Source: an uncultured Elusimicrobia bacterium (GTDB lineage: Bacteria; Elusimicrobiota; Elusimicrobia; FEN-1173). Taken from it: DNA of 64,000 nucleotides. The notes below the pieces were generated by a model. That model was not told where the DNA came from, did no database searches, and was given only the letters and a program-made list of their open reading frames with translations. The stretch lies in the NCBI GenBank assembly GCA_964482515.1, contig CAYZXT010000001.1, positions 102,403 to 166,402 on the forward strand, read 5' to 3'. Made by a program: the position numbers and the translations under genes. Below, piece after piece: positions 1 to 9,500 of this stretch (positions are counted from its first letter, which is position 1; each line of letters opens with the position of its first letter).

Positions 1-645
1 CTGCAGCCCCGGGTCCTGAAATGGGGAATACTGGGCGCGCTGGTCATGCGGTTCATCCTGATACTGGTGGGCGCGGCCCTTATAGAACGGTTCCACTGGA
101 TACTGTATATTTTCGGGGCGTTCCTGATTTACACGGGCATCAAGATGGCTTTTCAAAGCGAGAAGGAAGAATTCAATCCGGAGAAAAATCCTTTCTTCCG
201 ATGGATCACCCGTCTGATGCCGATCACCAAAGTGCAGGATGGCCGCTTTTTCGTGAAGGAAAACGGCGTCCGCCACGCCACTTCGCTTTTCCTCACGCTG
301 GTGGTGGTGGAACTGTCCGACCTGGTATTCGCCCTGGACTCCATCCCGGCGATCTTCGCCATCACGACGGATACCTTCCTGGTGTATACTTCCAATGTTT
401 TCGCCATACTTGGTCTGCGCGCTCTTTATTTCCTTTTGAGCGGATTGGTCCAGATATTCCATTACCTGAAATACGGCGTGGCGTTCATCCTGGCTTTCGT
501 CGGCGTGAAGATGCTCCTGTCTTACGTCTACCACATCTCGACGTTCGTTTCGCTCTCCGTCATCGTTGGAGTGTTGGCTCTGTCCGTGGCCGCGTCGTTC
601 GTTTTTAAGCACGCCGATGCGGCCGAAGTAGAAGGAGGAAAATGA
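1..645 (+). CDS. TerC family integral membrane protein (5' end outside window)
   Basis: Frame 1 is open from nt 1 (LQPRVLKWGILGALVMRFILI...) into listed ORF 46..645. Multi-TM protein with TerC-like segments (DLVFALDSIPAIFAIT, SNVFAILGLRALYF). Confidence 0.8.
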   Translation: MQPRVLKWGILGALVMRFILILVGAALIERFHWILYIFGAFLIYTGIKMAFQSEKEEFNPEKNPFFRWITRLMPITKVQDGRFFVKENGVRHATSLFLTLVVVELSDLVFALDSIPAIFAITTDTFLVYTSNVFAILGLRALYFLLSGLVQIFHYLKYGVAFILAFVGVKMLLSYVYHISTFVSLSVIVGVLALSVAASFVFKHADAAEVEGGK

Positions 646-914
646 TGGATTGGAAGATTGCACTGACGACGTTCGGGGCCCTTTTCCTGGCTGAAATGGG
701 CGACAAGACGCAATTAGCCGTCATCACCCTGACGGCTTCCTCGCAAAGACCCTGGGCCGTTTTCCTGGGCGGAAGCGTTGCGCTGATTTTGGTGACCGGC
801 CTGGGAGCGGTGGCCGGCGGCTTTGTGACCCGTTGGGTCCCTGAGGAAATCATCACCAAGACAGCCGCCATTCTCTTCGTGGCCATCGGTATTTGGACGT
901 GGTTCAAGGGCTGA
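642..914 (+). CDS. UPF0016 / GDT1-TMEM165 family membrane protein, single-domain (90 aa)
   Basis: Family signature E-x-G-D-K-T present (AEMGDKTQLAVI). Three hydrophobic helices. The ATG overlaps the TerC stop (ATGATG). Confidence 0.75.
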   Translation: MMDWKIALTTFGALFLAEMGDKTQLAVITLTASSQRPWAVFLGGSVALILVTGLGAVAGGFVTRWVPEEIITKTAAILFVAIGIWTWFKG

Positions 915-1077
915 TAAAAAAAACTAAACGGCCCTTGTTCGAGATGGGATCATCGGTTAAGTAAGTTGAGCGCCGTTTGGTTGCCGATGGAGAAATGTAT
1001 ATAATTCAGAAGGAACTTGCCCCGAGCGGATGTGTTGGAGTAGTGTCGCCCATTTTGAAATCATAAAGGATGGATTC

Positions 1078-1968
1078 ATGAACTCAATGACGTTAGAAAG
1101 ACCTTCAGTGGAAGCGCCTGCCGAACTAACCCGCCCGGCCTCCGATCGGCGGATAAAATTTTGGGCGTCTATTCCTTTTTTCCTGGCGCATATCGCCTGT
1201 CTGGCCGCTTTTTGGACGGGTGTGGATTGGATCGCTTTTTCCATGTTCGTCGGGCTGTTCCTGATCCGGAAGTTCGGCGTGACCGCGGGATATCACCGGT
1301 ATTTTTCCCATAAAGCTTTTAAGACCAGCCGGCTTGGACAGTTTCTCCTGGCCTTGCTCGCCACGACTTCCACTCAAAAAGGCCCGCTTTGGTGGGCCGC
1401 CCATCACCGGCTGCACCACCGCAGCTCGGACCAACCGGCGGACATCCATTCCCCGAAGCGCGACGGTTTTTGGTGGGCCCATGTGGGTTGGATCCTTTCC
1501 AGCCGCTATGACGAGACCGAGTTCAGCGTGATCCCGGATTTCGCCAAGTATCCAGAACTTCGCTGGCTGAATAAATTCCACGTCATCCCGCCGATCGCCC
1601 TGGCCGTCCTCTGTTTCGCCGCCTATGGGTGGATGGGCTTGGTGTGGGGTTATTTCATCAGCACGACCCTTCTTTGGCACACGACGTTCTTCATCAATTC
1701 GGCCTGCCACATATTCGGCAAGCGCCGGTTCCCCACGAAAGACACCAGCAAGAACAGCCTGATCCTGGCCCTCTTAACACTGGGCGAAGGCTGGCACAAC
1801 AACCATCACTATCACCCCTCCTCGGTCAACCAGGGGTTTTATTGGTGGGAAATCGATGTCACCCTCTACGCCTTGAAGGTTTTGAGTTGGTTCGGCATCG
1901 TCTGGGATCTGCGCAAACCGCCGGAGCGCATCCTGGCCCTCGGACGGCAATTGGACAACGCCGCATAG
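1078..1968 (+). CDS. membrane fatty-acid (delta-9 type acyl-CoA/acyl-lipid) desaturase
   Basis: Three histidine boxes are present: HRYFSH, HRLHHRSSD and HNNHHYH. N-terminal TM helices. ATG 1078 is preceded by AAGGA; listed ORF 1030 is an upstream in-frame alternative. Confidence 0.85.
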   Translation: MNSMTLERPSVEAPAELTRPASDRRIKFWASIPFFLAHIACLAAFWTGVDWIAFSMFVGLFLIRKFGVTAGYHRYFSHKAFKTSRLGQFLLALLATTSTQKGPLWWAAHHRLHHRSSDQPADIHSPKRDGFWWAHVGWILSSRYDETEFSVIPDFAKYPELRWLNKFHVIPPIALAVLCFAAYGWMGLVWGYFISTTLLWHTTFFINSACHIFGKRRFPTKDTSKNSLILALLTLGEGWHNNHHYHPSSVNQGFYWWEIDVTLYALKVLSWFGIVWDLRKPPERILALGRQLDNAA

Positions 1969-1996
1969 AGCCCGGAGCTTCTCCCAAGAGCCTTCC

Positions 1997-2524
1997 ATGA
2001 TCCTGAAAGTCACCGAGCTCGGCCATCCCGTCCTTCGTGCCAAAACGCGGCCCCTCGGCGAGGAGGAAATTCTCGGCCCCATCATCCAGAGGCTCATCGA
2101 CGACATGGTGGAAACTATGCGCGAGTACGACGGCGTGGGCCTGGCCGCCAACCAAGTCCACCAAGGCCTCGCCCTCGCGGTGCTCGAAGTGAAGGACAAT
2201 CCCCGCTATCCCGACCATCGGCATGTGCCCCTCACCGTGATCGTTAATCCCGTGGTCGTCAATAAATCCAAAGAAATGGAAAGCGATTGGGAAGGATGCC
2301 TGAGCATCCCCTTTTTCCGGGGGCAGACGCCCCGCCATTCCAGGATCGTCGTGAACGCCCTGGACCGTTTCGCCAAGCCGATCCAGATCACCGCCGAGGG
2401 CTTCCACGCCCGCGTCATCCAGCACGAGATGGACCATCTCCAGGGCCACGTTTATATGGACCGCATGAAAGACCTCACCACCCTCACTCACCTTAAGGAA
2501 TTCTCCCGCTACTGGGCGAAATAA
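1997..2524 (+). CDS. def: peptide deformylase
   Basis: Canonical motifs GVGLAANQV, EGCLSIP and QHEMDHL; 175 aa. Confidence 0.9.
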   Translation: MILKVTELGHPVLRAKTRPLGEEEILGPIIQRLIDDMVETMREYDGVGLAANQVHQGLALAVLEVKDNPRYPDHRHVPLTVIVNPVVVNKSKEMESDWEGCLSIPFFRGQTPRHSRIVVNALDRFAKPIQITAEGFHARVIQHEMDHLQGHVYMDRMKDLTTLTHLKEFSRYWAK

Positions 2525-2756
2525 ACTTCCAGCGATCAGAATGCCAGGGACTCCATTAAGAAAAAATAGCGGCGCTGATGTTTCTTTCCTGGAATACCTG
2601 CTGGCCGTATCTCTCCCCTTGTCGCTTTGTTTTTTATGAGGATATATTTTCCGCCCTTCTTTTGGATCCCCGAGGCGGCAAGGGATTCCTTTCGTCGGCT
2701 AAAATTTATAAAGTCTCTTTCCTTGCAGGGACATCCCCAGTTGAGGAGGCTCGGAC

Positions 2757-4703
2757 ATGGCGGACATTACCTCGGTTTTGCATGAAAAACGTCTCTTCAG
2801 ACCTTCTGCCCAATTCTCCAGGTCCGCGCACGTCAAAAGCCTCGCGGAATATTATCGGATATACAAAGATTCCATAAAGCACCCGGAAAGATTTTGGACC
2901 CGGCAGGCCTCGCAGCTCCATTGGTTCAGGCCATGGCGCAAAGTCCTCCAATGGAAACCGCCTTTTGCCCAATGGTTCGTCGGAGGAAAACTCAACGCCT
3001 CCTATAACTGTGTGGACCGCCACCTGACGACGTGGCGGAAGAACAAGGCCGCCATCATTTGGGAAGGGGAAACCGGCGAGCAGCGCGTCTACACCTACAT
3101 GGATTTGTATCGGGAGGTCTGTAGCCTGGCCAACGCGCTCAAACGTTTGGGCGCCAAAAAAGGCGACAGGGTTTGCTTGTATATGCCGCTGGTCCCCGAG
3201 CTCACCGTGGCCATGCTGGCCTGCGCGCGCATCGGCGCCACCCATTCCGTCGTCTTCGGCGGTTTCTCGTCCCACGCCATCCGCGAGCGGATCATCGACG
3301 CGGGCTGCCGCTTCGTCGTGACCGCGGACGGCGGGTATCGCCGCGGCGCGATCATCCCGTTGAAGAAGAACGTCGACGAGGCGATCCAGGACACGCCGAC
3401 CGTGGAAAAGGTCATCGTGCTGCGCCGCACTGGCGAAGAGGTCCCCATGCAGCCGGGCCGCGACGTTTGGTGGCACGACGTCATGGCGGAAGGCATCGCC
3501 GATTGCCCGGCGGAGCCGCTGGATTCCGAACACCCGCTTTATATCCTTTACACCTCCGGCAGCACGGGAAAGCCCAAGGGGATCCTTCATACCACCGGCG
3601 GTTATCTGACCCAGGCGGCCTATACCACGAAGTATGTTTTTGATTTGAAGGAGGACGACGTCTATTGGTGCACTGCGGACATCGGTTGGGTGACCGGACA
3701 TTCCTATGTCGTCTACGGCCCTCTGGCGAACGGCGCCACCGTGGTCATGTACGAAGGCGCGCCCAACTGGCCCGAGCCCGACCGTTTCTGGAAGATCATC
3801 GATAAATACAAGGTGACGGTTTTTTATACCGCCCCCACCGCCATCCGCGCGTTCATCAAATGGGGCGGGGAGTGGCCGGCGAAGCACAACCTCTCCAGCC
3901 TCCGTCTCCTCGGCACCGTCGGCGAGCCCATCAACCCCGAGGCCTGGATGTGGTACCGGGACGTGATCGGCGGCGGGCGCTGCCCCATCGTGGACACCTG
4001 GTGGCAGACCGAGACCGGCGGGATCATGATCTCTCCGTTGCCCGGCGCCACTCCGCTCACGCCCGGGTCCGCCACTCTGCCTTTGCCAGGCATCGACGCC
4101 GCGGTGGTGAACAAGCAGGGGAAAGAAGTCCCGGCGAACGCGGGCGGCTATCTGGTGATCCGCAAACCGTGGCCCGGGATGCTGCGCACGATATTCGGCG
4201 ACAATCAACGCTACAAGAAACAGTACTGGAGCGAGTTTCCCGGCATGTATTTCGCGGGCGACGGCGCGCGCCGCGACAGGAACGGCTATTTCTGGATCAT
4301 GGGCCGCATCGACGACGTCATCAAGGTGTCGGGCCATCGGCTCGGCACCGCCGAGATCGAGAGCGCCCTGGTGAGCCATGATTTCGTGGCGGAAGCGGCG
4401 GTTGTGGGCCGGCACGACGATGTCACGGGCGAGGCCGTGGTGGCTTTCGTCACGCTGGAAGGCGACGTCATGCCCACGCATCAATTGAAAGACGAGCTCC
4501 GCCAGCATGTCACCAAGGAGATCGGTGCCATCGCCAGGCCCGCGGAGATCCGTTTCACGGACGCGCTGCCGAAGACGCGCTCCGGCAAGATCATGCGGCG
4601 GCTGCTGCGCGACATCGCGGCCGGCCGCGAAACCACGGGCGACACCACCACGCTTGAGGATCTGAACGTATTATCCCGCCTCCGCAAAGAGGAAGAGGAA
4701 TAG
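2757..4703 (+). CDS. acs: acetyl-CoA synthetase (AMP-forming)
   Basis: 648 aa. AMP-binding motif [32 protein letters not shown]-terminal [21 protein letters not shown] upstream. Confidence 0.95.
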   Translation: MADITSVLHEKRLFRPSAQFSRSAHVKSLAEYYRIYKDSIKHPERFWTRQASQLHWFRPWRKVLQWKPPFAQWFVGGKLNASYNCVDRHLTTWRKNKAAIIWEGETGEQRVYTYMDLYREVCSLANALKRLGAKKGDRVCLYMPLVPELTVAMLACARIGATHSVVFGGFSSHAIRERIIDAGCRFVVTADGGYRRGAIIPLKKNVDEAIQDTPTVEKVIVLRRTGEEVPMQPGRDVWWHDVMAEGIADCPAEPLDSEHPLYILYTSGSTGKPKGILHTTGGYLTQAAYTTKYVFDLKEDDVYWCTADIGWVTGHSYVVYGPLANGATVVMYEGAPNWPEPDRFWKIIDKYKVTVFYTAPTAIRAFIKWGGEWPAKHNLSSLRLLGTVGEPINPEAWMWYRDVIGGGRCPIVDTWWQTETGGIMISPLPGATPLTPGSATLPLPGIDAAVVNKQGKEVPANAGGYLVIRKPWPGMLRTIFGDNQRYKKQYWSEFPGMYFAGDGARRDRNGYFWIMGRIDDVIKVSGHRLGTAEIESALVSHDFVAEAAVVGRHDDVTGEAVVAFVTLEGDVMPTHQLKDELRQHVTKEIGAIARPAEIRFTDALPKTRSGKIMRRLLRDIAAGRETTGDTTTLEDLNVLSRLRKEEEE

Positions 4704-4721
4704 ACAACAAGGAGCCAGACA

Positions 4722-5312
4722 ATGAAAATTTTCAGGCGGTTGTACGATTGGGGTTTGAGGCAGGCCGAGTCTCCCCACGCGGAGCGGGCGCTGTTTTGGA
4801 TAGCTTTCGCAGAATCCTCTTTTTTCCCTTTGCCGCCGGATGTACTCCTCATTGCCATGGTGCTGTCTTCCCCGACCAGATGGTTTCGGTATTTTTGGAT
4901 ATGCACTCTGGGGTCCGTCCTGGGAGGCGTCACGGGATACATGATCGGGTTTGCTGTTTGGCACGTCGTGAAAGAGTGGTTTTTCTCCTTTGTGTTTTCG
5001 GAAGCGGCTTTTCTGCGGGTCCAGGGTCTTTATCAAAAGCATGATTACTGGGTTGTGTTCGCCGCGGGGTTCACGCCTATCCCCTATAAAATATTCACCA
5101 TCGCGGCGGGGGTCGCGTCCATCGATATCTTCCACTTTATTGTCGCCTCGGTGGTCGGCCGCGGTTTGCGGTTCATATTGGTCGCGGGGCTGCTATATCA
5201 TTTCGGCGCCAAGATGCGGGTGTTCATCGAAAAATATTTCAACATCCTAACCCTGATCTTTTGCGCTCTCTTGATCGGCGGTTTTATCGTCGTAAAGTAT
5301 TTTGTTCATTAG
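4722..5312 (+). CDS. YqaA/DedA-related (SNARE-associated type) membrane protein
   Basis: 196 aa multi-TM protein; N-terminal FAESSFFPLPPDVLL and GFTPIPYKIFTIAAG segments are typical of the YqaA/DedA superfamily. Confidence 0.7.
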   Translation: MKIFRRLYDWGLRQAESPHAERALFWIAFAESSFFPLPPDVLLIAMVLSSPTRWFRYFWICTLGSVLGGVTGYMIGFAVWHVVKEWFFSFVFSEAAFLRVQGLYQKHDYWVVFAAGFTPIPYKIFTIAAGVASIDIFHFIVASVVGRGLRFILVAGLLYHFGAKMRVFIEKYFNILTLIFCALLIGGFIVVKYFVH

Positions 5313-5491
5313 GATCGCTGCCTTTATATGTAATGCAGAAGTGCTCTGTTCTTCCGAAATGCGTTTCCAAAGTCCACAATTAATCATGTGTTTGAAATGA
5401 TATTCTCTGGCCGGGGACTTTAACCCCTTCTGCGTCAAATGCGTCGATTTGATCTAAAATAGAGGACGATATTCCGGCCAAAGGAAGCAAA

Positions 5492-6415
5492 ATGGAAAAA
5501 AAGAGGGACAAGGTCGCGGTCTTGGTGCCGTGCTATAACGAGGAGTTGACCGTCGGGAAGGTCGTGTCCGATTTCCGGGCGGCCCTCCCGGAGGCGGCGA
5601 TCTATGTTTTCGACAACAACAGCCGCGACAAGACCGCCGAAATAGCCAAAGCAAACGGCGCCGTGGTCGTCCGCGAGAAGAAACAGGGCAAGGGCAACGT
5701 CGTCCGGGCCATGTTTCAGAAAGTGGACGCGGATTACTATGTCATGGTGGACGGCGACGATACCTATCCCGCGGATGACGTGAACAAGCTGCTGGAGGTC
5801 GTCGCCCGGGACCGGGCCGACATGGCGGTCGGGAGCCGTTTGACGAACCACGACGCGAAAGCCTTCCGCCCGTTCCATCTGTTCGGAAACGGTTTGGTGA
5901 AGCTCCTGGTGAACAAGCTCTTCGGCGCCTCGCTGCGGGACATCATGTCGGGCTACCGCGTGATGAGCCGCGACCTCGTCCGGGGCATCACCATCCAAAC
6001 CCTGGGGTTCGAGGTGGAGACGGAACTGACGCTCCAATGTCTCAACAACGGTTTCGTGATCGAGGAAGTGGACATTCCCTACCGCGAGCGTCCGTCGGGA
6101 AGCCATTCGAAATTGAACACCTTCCGGGACGGCTACCGCGTCCTCATGTCGATCTTCACCATTTTCCGGGACTATAAGCCGCTGCTGTTTTTCTCCCTGA
6201 TCTCGGGCGTCCTGTTTTTGGCCGGGGCGGCGAGCGGGACCGTGGTGGTGATGGAATTCATCAAGACGCGCTTCATCACGCATTTGCCGCTGGCCATCCT
6301 GTCCGTGGGCTGTGTTTTGTCCGGCTTGCTGCTGTTCGGGATCGGATTGATTTTGAACGGCATCAAGATCCGGTTCAATGAACTGCAGGCCTATATGAGG
6401 TCAAGGTTGCCCTAA
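5492..6415 (+). CDS. family 2 glycosyltransferase with C-terminal TM helices
   Basis: VAVLVPCYNEE start, DNNSRDKT, MVDGDDTYP (DxD). Two C-terminal TM helices, as in polyprenyl-phosphate sugar transferases. Confidence 0.8.
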   Translation: MEKKRDKVAVLVPCYNEELTVGKVVSDFRAALPEAAIYVFDNNSRDKTAEIAKANGAVVVREKKQGKGNVVRAMFQKVDADYYVMVDGDDTYPADDVNKLLEVVARDRADMAVGSRLTNHDAKAFRPFHLFGNGLVKLLVNKLFGASLRDIMSGYRVMSRDLVRGITIQTLGFEVETELTLQCLNNGFVIEEVDIPYRERPSGSHSKLNTFRDGYRVLMSIFTIFRDYKPLLFFSLISGVLFLAGAASGTVVVMEFIKTRFITHLPLAILSVGCVLSGLLLFGIGLILNGIKIRFNELQAYMRSRLP

Positions 6416-6554
6416 AGACCCGACGGTCCGTCCTCCCGTTTCCCCGTCATCCTCCCCGCAGCATCTTCAACCAAAATTCAGAAATCGTTCATGGGATGTT
6501 CTGACTTCGCGGATAGAATTTCACCGTTGGTGAAATCTTATCCGAGGATAACAC

Positions 6555-9500
6555 ATGAATATTTTCCGAACCGCCGCCGCTTCCGCTTTTCTGATCGTTT
6601 TTTCTTCCCTCGCCTGGGCCGTTGAGAAATCCGGCCCCAATCCGGGCAACCTGGCCCCCAGCGGCTCCCACGACGTCTCCCTTTTCACCGGCGCGTTCAC
6701 CTATGCCTATCCCATCACGGTACCTCCCAACCGGGGCGGCGTGCAGCCGTCGCTGGCGCTCGTCTACAACAGCCAGTCGTCCAACGGCTGGCTGGGAGTG
6801 GGTTGGGACCTGAGCGTAGGTTCCATACAGCGGAGCACAAAAAAGGGAATCCCGAAATACGACGACACGGACACCTTCGTCTTCAATTTGGGCGGGCAGA
6901 GCCAGGAGCTGGTTTCCATCGGCGGAGGCGAATACCGGGCGCAGATCGAGTCCGGGTTCATCAAATTTAAAAAGATAAGCACGTCCGCGTGGCAGGCCTG
7001 GAGCAAGGACGGAAAACGATACGACTTCACGGGATTGGCCCTGCACAGCGCCAGCGGACAGCATTTTTACTGGGGCCTGAGTTCCGTGACGGACCCCCAC
7101 GGCAATTCCATGTCGATCACCTACCCGACGCAACCCTACGGCGGGCCCTACGGCGCGCCCTCTCCGGGCAGCAGCAATTTCGCTCCGGGCGTCAGCGCCG
7201 GAGTCGGCGGGAACAATAGCTATATTCCGAAAGTCATCAGTTATCTGGGGAACGAAATCGTATTTTCCTACGAATACCGCCCGGACACGGCGACCTATGC
7301 CCGCGCCGGGTTCGAACAGAAAATGCAGGAGCGGTTGAAGTCGATAGAAGTTAAGACGAACAATGTCGTGGTCCGCAAGTATGAGCTGGTCTACCAGCTC
7401 AACTCCGCGGGGAATTCCCGGATCTCGGCCATCAGTCAATATGGAAAAAACGGCGCCACCTTGCCGGAGACCGCATTTACCTATCAGGACGGCGTCAGAT
7501 ACTTTAATTGGGGTGATCGGAACACGAGCGGGTTCGGGACCGCACCCTATTCCACCTGGAGGACCGGCGATTTTAACGGCGACGGGCGTAGCGATACCTG
7601 TTTCTATTATGCCGGCGACGGCAATACCTGGGTGGGATTGAGCGCGGAAAATGGCGGAATCAACTACCAGGTCTGGAGCAACAATCCCTTCAGCTCCGCG
7701 CCCTACGGACGGTTAAACGTCGGCGATTTCAACGGGGACGGACGACATGATTTGATCTTTTACAGCGGCGCCGCGACCTACGTCGGCGTCAGCAACGGCG
7801 GCGGGTTCAATTATCAGCTCTGGAACTCTGCTCTGAACTTCGGGACGGCCACCTACAACACTTTCAGCGTGGGGGATTTCAACAACGATGGTCTCAGTGA
7901 CGTCGTCTTTCGGAAGTCGAACGCGACTTGGGTCGGCCTGAGCAACGGGAACTCCATCAGCTATCAGTCGTGGAACTCGAACGAAACCTTTCAGGTGGCG
8001 GACGCCACCTGGCGGGTGGGTGATTTCAACGGCGACGGGTTGAGCGATGTGTCCTTTTACGAGGCATCCACCAACAAGACGTGGGTGGGCGTCAACACGG
8101 GAAGCGGGTTCAGTTATCAGGTTTGGAGCCAGAACAATTTTGGCAACGCCCCCATCAACGGGACCTGGAGCGTGGGGGATTTCAACGGCGACGGGTTGAG
8201 CGATATTTGTTTCTATTATGCCGGAGATGGGAATACATGGGTGGGGTTGAGTCAGGGGAACCACTTTGCGTATCAGTATTGGGACAGGGGAAAATCCTGG
8301 GGAACTGCGCCCTACGGCGCCTGGCGGACAGGTGATTTCAATGGCGATGGGCTAACGGATGTTTCCTTTTATTATGACGGCGACGGCCGCACCTGGGTGG
8401 GCATAAGTCAGGGAAGCAAATTCAATTACGCGGAATGGAGTCTCGAGGCATTCGGTTTGGCGGCTTTGAATACCTGGAGCACCGGAGATTTTAACGGCGA
8501 CGGATTGGATGATTTCGCTTTTTATTGGTCGGGTGACGGTCACACGAACGTCGGCTTCAGCCAGGGCCCAGCCATGAACCTTCTAACGCAGATCGAAAAT
8601 CCCCTCGGCGAGATCGTCGGCGTCGAGTACGAAACCTACAAATCCGGGAATGCGGCAGCACTTCCCTTTCCCGTCACGGTCGTCAAATCCGTCTCCACAT
8701 CCGACGGCATGGGGAATTCCGTCATGACGCGTTATGCGTACGAGGGCGGCTTGTACGATAGATCGCCCTGGGCGGACAGGGAGTTCCTGGGGTTCCGGGA
8801 GGTCACGACCTGGGATGCGGATGATAACCGAACGGTCACGCTGTACCATCAAAACTATAACCCACAGAACGGCGTCAATGTATTCAAAGGCAAGATTGCC
8901 GAACAAACCGTCCGGAACAGCGTGGGAAGCGAACTCGTTCGTACGGTCAACGAATACGGATTGGACACCTACGGCAGCGTCTATTTCCCCAAGCTTTCCC
9001 GGACCAACGTTTATCAGGACGGAAAGCACACGGCGGTGGAATATGCCTATGACGGCTACGGAAACGTTACCCGCGTGGACTCCCTGGGGGACGCGGGCGA
9101 TCCGAACGATGATCGAGTCGAAGTCACGGACTACGCCTACAACACCACCGATTACCTGGTGGGTTTTTCATCGCACAAGAAAGTGGTGGACCGGAACGGC
9201 GCGGCCGTTTCGGAATCGTGGATCTTTTACGACGGCAATTCCATGTCCACGCAGGCGCCGGTCAAGGGCAATGCCACGAAAATCGAAAGCCGCTTGGACG
9301 GCGGATCGAACCCCGTCGTCACGAAGTCCTACGACGCCTTCGGCAACGTGACGGACGAATACGACGCCCGCTGGAACGCCAGTGGCGGGAGCCAGGGGAA
9401 TCACTCGCGCACGGATTACGACGCCGCCTATCACCTGTTCCCAACGACGGTGACCCAGGGCGCCGGTTCCTTCAATTTCACGCAAAGCTACACTTACGAC

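Noticed and set aside
21-608. A 195-aa ORF in an alternative + frame over the TerC gene.
   Set aside because: The frame-1 product is a coherent multi-TM TerC-like protein continuing from nt 1. The alternative product is Gly/Arg/Pro-rich.
1675-1693. TGGCAC followed 5 nt later by GTTC, considered as a sigma-54 -24/-12 promoter.
   Set aside because: It lies inside the desaturase coding region and lacks the TTGC -12 element. I found no convincing TGGCAC-N5-TTGC in any intergenic region by eye.
2706-4508. A 600-aa ORF antisense to acs.
   Set aside because: It lies opposite a gene with unmistakable acetyl-CoA synthetase motifs. Its translation is Arg/Ala/Gly/His/Pro-rich low-complexity sequence, typical of antisense frames in GC-rich DNA, with no start context or family motif.
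7557-8575. A regular ~150-nt periodicity that could be mistaken for a repeat array or CRISPR.
   Set aside because: The repeats are in-frame protein blades (GDFNGDG...) inside a continuous ORF. They are much longer than CRISPR repeats, not identical at the DNA level, and lack unique spacers.
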